64,000 bases of DNA from an uncultured Lyngbya sp. (lineage in GTDB: Bacteria > Cyanobacteriota > Cyanobacteriia > Cyanobacteriales > Microcoleaceae): contig CAZNCM010000001.1 in NCBI GenBank assembly GCA_964571155.1, positions 291 to 64,290 of the forward strand, read 5' to 3'. The notes under the pieces are model-generated. The model saw nothing but the letters and a program-made list of their open reading frames with translations. It ran no database searches and had not been told where the DNA came from. Of this stretch, positions 49,970-57,927 are shown piece after piece (position 1 is the first letter of the stretch; each line of letters begins with the position of its first letter). The position numbers and the translations under genes are program-made.

Positions 49970-51454
49970 TTAAATATGAGCAAACGTCCCGTGTAAAGTG
50001 TAGGGAATGTGATGCTTAAGATGCAATTGGGCGACTGGGCCTTGATTAAAATCTTTGGCATCGTGAATCACAATATCTGAGCGATGATAGCGCGAATCAT
50101 AGACCAATGTCAAGAGCCAGCCATCATCTTCATTAACACCGTTAGGATGGGGAACAAACACGGGTTCGCCGGAAAACCCATAAGGCGCCGCACTCCAGAG
50201 TTGACGTTCTCCCGTTTGCAAGTCTAGCTTGAGAACCCCCTGTAACGGTGCATTTCCCTCCGGGTCATGGGCGGCGCCGAGGTAGACATAACGATAGGGA
50301 CGTCCAATCCATTCGGGATTGAGGGTGGGAAACTCACAGCAGCGTTTGTCAACGAGTTGACGTTCGACTTTACCCGTTTTCAAATTAACCTCAAAATGCC
50401 ACAATTGCCCCGGATCTAATGCGGTAAAATCAGTATCATGAAAATCGGCTTGCGGATCAACTCCGGGAAGGGATTCATAACAAATTGAATCCACACAAAT
50501 TTTATCCCCTTGTTCGTAGGCGTTGGCGTGATGGAAAACAAACCCCGAGTGAGTTTCAAAACATTTAATTCCCGGCTGTTGTTTTTGATTGCGAGGAATG
50601 ACTAATATCCGAGTCGGTTGTTTGGGTTTAAATTCCACACATTCTCCCGCCCCGCAGAACCCAAAAAGGAAAGGTAAAGGATTAAAACTGACTGCATTTT
50701 GAAAGAAAATACAGTAATTTGGGGTAATGGCGAAATCGTGAACAAAGGCAAATCCGGGTACGGAATGGGCGTGTTTGCGTAAAAGTTTGCCTTGGGGACT
50801 CAGTTCATAAATGGTAAATGTGGTAGAAAGTCCCGGTTTGATCGAGAAGTTCACCAGACATTGTTCGCCGTCATCTAACTCACAATGGGGATCGATACAA
50901 GGATGGGCTGCAAACGCATCGCCCGGTTCTAAAATTCCATCTAAATAATCAATTCCAATGGTTTCTAAGGTTTGGGGATGGAGTTGATGAGGTTCGGCTG
51001 CTTCCCACAACGCTAACAGTTTATCGCCCCAATAAATGACCTGAGTATTGGCAATATTTTTTAAACGAAAATCAAACGCATTTGCCAATAAACCGCCCGG
51101 TTTTTGAGTCCCAAACACGCCCCGATAGAGTGGTTTTCCCGCAAGTTGTTCTTCAACAAATCCCTGAGTTCTCACATAACGGTTGCGATAATGGGCGCGA
51201 CCATTAGAAAATTGAATCGCTGAAATCATCCCATCGCCATCAAAAGGATGATGCAGGGGATAACCGTTAATATCCAATAAACCGGGGCCATTCCTATACA
51301 GGGTTCCTGCTAATTCGGGGGGAATTTGCCCTTCGATATCTTCTATCGGATAGTCATATTCGTTGGGTTGAGATTGATAGCCTTTTTGCCAATCTTCGGC
51401 GCTGTAGGATAATCCTTTCTTGACGAAAGGTTTGGGCATTTGTAGGTTAGTCAT
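49970..51454 (-). CDS. Carotenoid oxygenase (apocarotenoid-15,15'-oxygenase-like)
   Basis: G.LYRNGP, HPFDGDGM, four Fe-ligand His (AHP, HDF, FHH, LHG), EP.FVP, EDDGW. Confidence 0.93.
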   Translation of the reverse strand: MTNLQMPKPFVKKGLSYSAEDWQKGYQSQPNEYDYPIEDIEGQIPPELAGTLYRNGPGLLDINGYPLHHPFDGDGMISAIQFSNGRAHYRNRYVRTQGFVEEQLAGKPLYRGVFGTQKPGGLLANAFDFRLKNIANTQVIYWGDKLLALWEAAEPHQLHPQTLETIGIDYLDGILEPGDAFAAHPCIDPHCELDDGEQCLVNFSIKPGLSTTFTIYELSPQGKLLRKHAHSVPGFAFVHDFAITPNYCIFFQNAVSFNPLPFLFGFCGAGECVEFKPKQPTRILVIPRNQKQQPGIKCFETHSGFVFHHANAYEQGDKICVDSICYESLPGVDPQADFHDTDFTALDPGQLWHFEVNLKTGKVERQLVDKRCCEFPTLNPEWIGRPYRYVYLGAAHDPEGNAPLQGVLKLDLQTGERQLWSAAPYGFSGEPVFVPHPNGVNEDDGWLLTLVYDSRYHRSDIVIHDAKDFNQGPVAQLHLKHHIPYTLHGTFAHI

Positions 51455-51537
51455 CGTTCTTTTGTGAATGTGAGAAGTGCAAGAAAAGTTGATTCAAATT
51501 TATTCAAAAAATCAGAGATAAATTCAAAATCTCAACT

Positions 51538-52950
51538 TTAATCTCTCAGACCAACACCCTCATATTCCGGTACAAATTCCGGGACATGATTGTGTCCGGT
51601 GCGTTGAGAAATTGGCATTTTAGAATCAGAATCTTCTTCCTCTGTTTGGGTTTTAAAATTAGGCAACCAGTTAAGAAAAAGAAGGGGAAGCAATGTGGAA
51701 ATATTCGTAATAATCACCAGTATCCACAGGTTTTCAAATTGATGTTCTGTTACCCCGAGTAGGTGAGTTAATAATGCCCCAGATTCGTGAGATAAGAGTC
51801 CGGCTAGGTTATACACCGACATTAATAACGCGAATAAAGTTGCTTCAACTCCGGGCGGACACAAACGCGCCGCCAACACTAAAACAGGCATATAGGCGAT
51901 TTGTCCCATGACGGTTAAAATTAGACTATCGCCCAAACTAAACCAATGATCATCTATTCCTAATGCACGGTTAGCATGGGTGACAAGCAATAGCGTTGTC
52001 ATGCCGAGAACTGCCGATAAAATTGTAGACCAAGTGAAGATTTTGCGAAAGGGAACGGTTTTAAAAAAGCGTTGAAACAGCAAAACGCCCAACAGAGAAG
52101 CGATACTGGTCACTAACCGAACTCGCCCTAAAAATTCGGGTTGAAATCCGAGTTCGTTTGTGGTGAAATAAAAGAAAGCTGAATCGGCTGTTGGAGTCGC
52201 TTGCCAGATGAATAAAAAAGCCATCGGTAGCCAGATTGTTTTTTGAGAAACAGCCTGACGGAGTTGACGAATTTGTTTTTTCACCGCGTCTAGGTTAGAG
52301 CGATCGCCAACTTTTTCTTCTGTGATTAACCAAGCCACTCCACAGACAATTAAGGGGAAACTTGCAGTAATTAAAAAGACGGTTTTGACCGTGACGATTT
52401 CTAATAAAAAACCACTCAAATAAGCCGTAATTAATCCCCCTATTGCTGAAGTTCCCCAACACAAAGATTGCAAGGAACCCACATCACTCAGGGATTCTTT
52501 TCGCGCCCGTTCGACAACTAATGAGTCTACAATCACATCGCTGATGGCGACAGACAACGAACTCAGGGTGATGACGAGAGTCGCGGTTAACGGACTGTCT
52601 ACGACTGTGGCCATCGCAATCCAGGCGATCGCACCCAAAAAACCTGATAAAATGAGGTAAGGTCGGCGACGATAGCCAAATAGGGGTAAACCGTCGGAAA
52701 GAAAGCCAAATAAAGGTTTGATTACCCAAGGTAAGACGACGATTCCCAACATCGCTGAGACTTCTGCAGGCGTCATTCCCAAGTCGTCCTTGAGAAAGAA
52801 GCTCACGGCAAGTCTAGCCAGTCCTAAGATACCCTGGACGAAGTATACGAGTAAAATAGCAATTAGTTCCGGGGTTAGCTTCTTGCCGAAAAATATATTT
52901 TTCTTTATACTCTTTTTGATTTCGGCTAGCCCCGTCGATGAAATTAGCAT
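51538..52950 (-). CDS. Folate/biopterin (BT1) MFS transporter
   Basis: VYFVQG, PWVIKPLFG.LSD..P.FGYRRRPY, CPPGVEATLFALLMS. Confidence 0.92.
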   Translation of the reverse strand: MLISSTGLAEIKKSIKKNIFFGKKLTPELIAILLVYFVQGILGLARLAVSFFLKDDLGMTPAEVSAMLGIVVLPWVIKPLFGFLSDGLPLFGYRRRPYLILSGFLGAIAWIAMATVVDSPLTATLVITLSSLSVAISDVIVDSLVVERARKESLSDVGSLQSLCWGTSAIGGLITAYLSGFLLEIVTVKTVFLITASFPLIVCGVAWLITEEKVGDRSNLDAVKKQIRQLRQAVSQKTIWLPMAFLFIWQATPTADSAFFYFTTNELGFQPEFLGRVRLVTSIASLLGVLLFQRFFKTVPFRKIFTWSTILSAVLGMTTLLLVTHANRALGIDDHWFSLGDSLILTVMGQIAYMPVLVLAARLCPPGVEATLFALLMSVYNLAGLLSHESGALLTHLLGVTEHQFENLWILVIITNISTLLPLLFLNWLPNFKTQTEEEDSDSKMPISQRTGHNHVPEFVPEYEGVGLRD

Positions 52951-53292
52951 TTGGTAAAAAAAGGTTAAGAAATATAAATACTTATAACACAGGTCTAGCG
53001 GGTACTGTTATCTGCCGATTGGGTTAATCTCGTCTCTCTGAGGGTTCAATGAGAGCGTATTTTAGTCGTTTTCTCAGAAATGGGGAGCAAAATTAAGGCG
53101 TTTGCAGTCTAAGAATGCGGGATTCTACAAATAATCTGGAGTAATCCGGAACTGCCGATCGTTTTTGATTGGCAGTTTTCTTTAAAATTTCCCTAAATAT
53201 TTTTATTTGCAAGACATTGCTTACGGGCTGAAGATTGATTTCCAAATCGGAGAAAGTCGAAAGTGCGATCGCGCTTATTGATGATAAGTTAA

Positions 53293-55161
53293 TTAATTCC
53301 AATCAACTTCTTCAAATATAGAGTTTGCTGTAGCAAAATCTCCAGCTTGAACAAAATCTTGAGCCGCCTTCAACTTTTCTCCGATGTTATAGTAAGCAAT
53401 TCCTCGCTGCTTATACGCTTCTACATATTTAGGATTGTATTTAATTGCGGTAGAATAGTTTTTAATTGCTTCTTGATATTGTTCCTTTTTTGAAAAAGCT
53501 TTACCCCGATAAAAGTAGGCAAAAAAATTTTCATTATAAAATTCAATAAACTTATTAAAATCGTCGATAGCACAGGAATAATCTTGGAGATGTTCGAGGC
53601 AGATAAAACCTCTGTTAAATAAACTATAATAAGCATACCGATTTTCCGGATCAATTAAGATAGTTTTTGTATAATCCTCAGAGGCTTGCTGATAATTACC
53701 CAGATTATCATAATTCACCGCTCGATTAAAATATAGTTCGATATTTTCTGGGTTATGAGGATTAATCTCAATTGCCTTAGTATAGTTTTTGATTGCTGTT
53801 GTCGGAGCATGAAGAACATCATAAGCTAAACCTTTCAAAGCGTAAGCTTCTCTCAAGGTGGGCTGAATATCAATTAATTGATTACAAATTTCTATAACTT
53901 TTTGGTAATCTTTTAAATTCAAATAATCTTTCGCCATCCACAGATAGGGTTCCAAATAAGTTTTTCTAATTTTTAATGCTTTTTTATAATCTAGAATAGC
54001 CAATTCATATCGATTCAGAAAATGATAGGATTTTCCTCGAAAAAAGAAAGCCTCCGCCGGATCATAATTATTTTTTTTATGTTCACTACTTTGATCTAAA
54101 AGATAGTCCAACTGAATTGCCTTGTCAAAGTCTTGAATTGCCTTACGATAATCTTCTAATAAATAATAGAGTTTTCCTCTTTCATAATAAACCGTTGCAT
54201 AATTGGGATCGTCTTGAATAGCTAAATTAAAATCTTGAATAGCTTGTTGATATTCTTCCCTTGAAGAATTAGCAACTCCCATTTGATAATAAGCCTCAGC
54301 TTCCATCTGACGGTAAATTTCATTATAACTCGGATCAAGGTTAACAACAGTTGCAAAATCTTTAGCTGCTTCTTCATAATTTCCGAGTTTCTTTTTAAGA
54401 GTTCCCCGCATTAAGTAAGCTTCTACATATTGTGAGTTTAAGCGAATAGCTCGATTAAAATCCTGCATAGCTTTATCATATTCGCCGAGTTGAACATATA
54501 CAGCACCTCTAGAACTCCAAGCATCGTAATAATTACGATTTGTTTTAATTGCTTTAGTAAAATCATCGAGGGCAGCTTGATAATCACCCTGTTCAATATG
54601 AACAGATCCTAAACCCAAATAAGGTTCTACAAACTTATGATTAATTTCTATAGATTCTTCAAAGTCTTCAATTGCTGCTTGATAATCCTTAATTTCAGAA
54701 TAGGCTAATCCTCTGCTGGCATAAGCTTCAATAAAACTACCATCTTGACGCAAAGCATCTGTGTAATAACTAATTGCGCCTATATAATTATTTTGTTTTG
54801 CTTGTTCAACACCTTCTTGAAAACTTATAAGTGCAGGTTGAGGAGGAGAAGTTTGACTATTGACATATACATTAATCTCAAAAACCTTATCAATTCTAAC
54901 CAATGAAACTCCTTGAATGACATCACTAAGAGCATCTTGAGCTACTTTTCCCAATAAATTCAAGATTTCTACAGGTGCCGCTTCAGCAATATACCTTGAC
55001 GATGCAAAAGGACAAAAAAGAATACTTGTTATACTCAAAATCAATGATAGTAGTAAAGATAGAAAAATTTTCTGACAATATTTAGAGTCATAAACTAAAA
55101 AACTAACCCATTTTTTAATCAGTTCATAAAATTGAATTTGATCCCAGTTTTTTTGATTCAT
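53293..55161 (-). CDS. Tetratricopeptide repeat protein with N-terminal hydrophobic segment
   Basis: About 13-14 AY..RG......Y..AI.DF..AI repeats. Confidence 0.88.
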   Translation of the reverse strand: MNQKNWDQIQFYELIKKWVSFLVYDSKYCQKIFLSLLLSLILSITSILFCPFASSRYIAEAAPVEILNLLGKVAQDALSDVIQGVSLVRIDKVFEINVYVNSQTSPPQPALISFQEGVEQAKQNNYIGAISYYTDALRQDGSFIEAYASRGLAYSEIKDYQAAIEDFEESIEINHKFVEPYLGLGSVHIEQGDYQAALDDFTKAIKTNRNYYDAWSSRGAVYVQLGEYDKAMQDFNRAIRLNSQYVEAYLMRGTLKKKLGNYEEAAKDFATVVNLDPSYNEIYRQMEAEAYYQMGVANSSREEYQQAIQDFNLAIQDDPNYATVYYERGKLYYLLEDYRKAIQDFDKAIQLDYLLDQSSEHKKNNYDPAEAFFFRGKSYHFLNRYELAILDYKKALKIRKTYLEPYLWMAKDYLNLKDYQKVIEICNQLIDIQPTLREAYALKGLAYDVLHAPTTAIKNYTKAIEINPHNPENIELYFNRAVNYDNLGNYQQASEDYTKTILIDPENRYAYYSLFNRGFICLEHLQDYSCAIDDFNKFIEFYNENFFAYFYRGKAFSKKEQYQEAIKNYSTAIKYNPKYVEAYKQRGIAYYNIGEKLKAAQDFVQAGDFATANSIFEEVDWN

Positions 55162-55212
55162 GGTTGCTATCCAGTTTGTTTTTCTCGTTGTTACAGTGGC
55201 TCATTCAAGAGT

Positions 55213-55650
55213 TTAAGATGGTCGTGTCCAGTCTTCAAACATTAAATTAGGAACTTGAGAAAAGTCGCGCTGGTTGCGAGTAACTAATGTGACTTGCTGA
55301 GACAGAGTAATAGCTGCAATTCGCAAGTCCTGTGTTCCAATTCGGACTCCTTGCTGACGGAGTTCTACAAAAAGATTATAAGCCTCAAGCGTCAACTCAA
55401 CAACTTGAAATTGACTAATATAATTTACAGCATCTCGTAATCCCATATAAGCCCAAATTAGCTTTTCAGGGTTATTAGATTGAGAATAGCGCCGAATTAC
55501 ACTCAGCCAACCTCTCAATTGTTCCTCTACCGTCACAACTGTAATCGCAATTTCTTCAGGATTTACTAAAGCTATACGTTGGTTTAAAATTGGATGTTCG
55601 CGTTGCAGTAGGGAAAAATGATCGGTATCAAGAATATATCGATAATTCAT
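55213..55650 (-). CDS. vapC: PIN-domain VapC-family toxin
   Basis: YILDTD, EEQ, QDLRIAA, LVTRNQRDF: acidic PIN residues intact. Confidence 0.88.
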   Translation of the reverse strand: MNYRYILDTDHFSLLQREHPILNQRIALVNPEEIAITVVTVEEQLRGWLSVIRRYSQSNNPEKLIWAYMGLRDAVNYISQFQVVELTLEAYNLFVELRQQGVRIGTQDLRIAAITLSQQVTLVTRNQRDFSQVPNLMFEDWTRPS

Positions 55651-56063
55651 TCTGGATTCTGACTTTGACTTTGGAAAAGATTTTCTGCTTCAATCTCTGT
55701 ATCAATTTCACGGCGATCTTGTTCAATCTCATCTAAGAGTTCATCCCAGAGCGGATTATTAATTAAAGTATTGGGAGGTTTGGGGAGGAAACGATTATTG
55801 CTCGGAATCGTGTTTTTTTCTAAAGTAGAGATACGATCCGATAATGTTTTTATTTCTTTTTGCAAGAACAAAACTTTTTCTGAATCTTTCTGGGGGAAAA
55901 ACCAAACAACCAAGGAAATTAAAGTTACTCCTGAAATGGCAATTATAAACCAAAAGTTACCCGCCTCAAGATTTAAGAATTGGAAAATAACGGGTGAACA
56001 TAAAGTGATTATCCACAGGGCTAAAATGAGTTTACTTTTATTGAGTTGAAGTTCGACTGTCAT
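55647..56063 (-). CDS. Two-TM protein with acidic C-terminal helix; putative antitoxin
   Basis: ATGA overlap with vapC; C-terminal NPLWDELLDEIEQDRREID. Confidence 0.55.
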   Translation of the reverse strand: MTVELQLNKSKLILALWIITLCSPVIFQFLNLEAGNFWFIIAISGVTLISLVVWFFPQKDSEKVLFLQKEIKTLSDRISTLEKNTIPSNNRFLPKPPNTLINNPLWDELLDEIEQDRREIDTEIEAENLFQSQSQNPE

Positions 56064-56103
56064 TTTGATTCTGGGGTAATTTACAGTGAAAATTAATGGT
56101 TGA

Positions 56104-56120
56104 GGTGGGCATTGCCCACC
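56104..56120. repeat. REP-like palindrome GGTGGGCATTGCCCACC
   Basis: Perfect 8-bp arms around a central T; matches the common cyanobacterial GGTGGGCA.TGCCCACC REP type. Confidence 0.65.
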
Positions 56121-56127
56121 CGATGAA

Positions 56128-57632
56128 TTATTGGATATCGTAGCCGAATTTATTGGGGTCTACTTCGGTTAAATTCAAATCTCCTAACCCGTATTCCGCC
56201 CAACGTCGAGAAACCATCGCTGCGACATCAACATCAGACTCCAACGCTTCGCCCCATTCATGGTCGGTTTCGGGAGGAATTTTGGTGGTGGCATCGATTC
56301 CCATCCGTCCACCTAAACCAATTTTTTCGCTAGCAAAATCTAAGGTATCAAAGGGCGTATTCGGGAGAATAAATACATCCCGAGTCGGGTCAACTTTAGA
56401 CGAAATTGCCCACACCACTTGACGCGGATCGCGAATATTAATGGTTTTATCGACAACAATCACAAATTTAGTATAAGTAAACTGAGGTAATGCACTCCAA
56501 AATGCCAACGCCGCCCGGCCTGACCGGGATAAGCCTTATCAATGGAGATAATTGCCGCTTTATAACTTAACGCTTCCATCGGTAAGAAAAAGTCAACAAT
56601 TTCAGAAACTTGTTGTCGTAAAATCGGGGTATAAATGCGGTTTAATGCGATCGCCATCATCGCTTCTTCTTTGGGAGGACGACCGCTAAATGTGGTTAAA
56701 TAAATCGGGTCTTTGCGATGAGTCATGCAGTGAAATCGAATTAACGGCGAATCTTCAACGCCTCCGTAATATCCCATATGATCTCCAAAGGGTCCGTCGG
56801 GTAACATTTCACCGGGGGTAATGGTTCCTTCGAGTACAAATTCGGAGTCGGCGGGTACTTCTAAATCAACGGTTTTACACTTGGCGAGTTGTACACCGGA
56901 ACCGCCATATAATCCCGCAAATAACCATTCGGATAAATCAACGGGAATGGGAGTGGCAGCCGCCATTATAATTAACGGATCAACGCCTAATGCGATCGCA
57001 ATTTCTAGTTTTTTGCCGTTTTCAGCGGCTTTTCGCAGGTGTCTAGCTCCGCCCCGCACCGATAACCAATGTACAGTCATGGTGTTTTTTGACTGCAATT
57101 GTAAGCGATAAACACCCACATTTGGAGTTCCCGTCTCACAGTCTTTTGTAATGACTAATCCCAAGGTAATAATTTTACCCGCATCTTTGGGATAGGGGCG
57201 AATCATCGGAATTTTGGTTAAATCAAGTTCTTCTCCTTCGAGGATGACTTGTTGACAAGGGGGGAAAAAGTTTCGTCCGGGTTTGGCTTTAACGACATCA
57301 AATAATACTTTCCCAAAATCTACGGCTTGCGAGATTTTTTTCGGGGGTTTGGGTTGTTGCAGCATTCCCAATTTTTTCCCCAATTCTTCTAATTCTTGGG
57401 GTTTTTCCATATTCATCGCTAAACAGACTCGTTGTTCGGTTCCGAGTAAGTTGATAGCGACAGGATGAGGCGACCCTTTAACATTCTCAAACAATAAACC
57501 GGGGCCACCGGATTGTAACATTCGGTTGGAAATTTCTGCAATTTCTAAGTCGGGGTCTACTAAAGCATTAATGCGTCGTAATTGCCCCCGTTCTTCTAGC
57601 CGTTTGAGGAATCCCCGTAAATCTCTCGCCAT
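56128..57632 (-). pseudogene. ubiD: UbiD-family decarboxylase (plastoquinone pathway) split by a frameshift
   Basis: MARDLRGF..., EGTI..GE...DGPFGDHMGYY, GRPPKEE; frame changes at YPGQA|, and the C-terminal AFWSALPQF...DPTRD...GIDAT is in another frame. Confidence 0.85.
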
Positions 57633-57927
57633 TATTTTTCTAGAGTGATGGTCGTCTGTTTAATCTATTATAATGAATAAACGGATAAAATTGGTTACGA
57701 AAGAGGTTAAATTCTTCGTTAACTGTTTATTTTTCTCTAGAATTGTTACAGCTTTTAGCTTATTAATTATAGTTTTTTTGTCTGAAATTAGATTTTTTAA
57801 ATTATCTAATCAAAATTATTAAATTAGAAGTATATCCCTCTCGACTCCCTCGAAAATTGTCAGTGTTAACCTGTCATTAACGAAATTAGATTATAATCAA
57901 TCAATGATTTTTTTTAGAGGTCGCTAA

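Noticed and set aside
42660-53150. Intergenic TCCGGA at 42660 and 53145
   Set aside because: Outside the locus and without the supporting boxes; 42660 has no G-rich element at 24 bp in either direction
56500-56525. Programmed ribosomal frameshift in ubiD
   Set aside because: No slippery heptamer, and a conserved residue is missing, which fits a deletion
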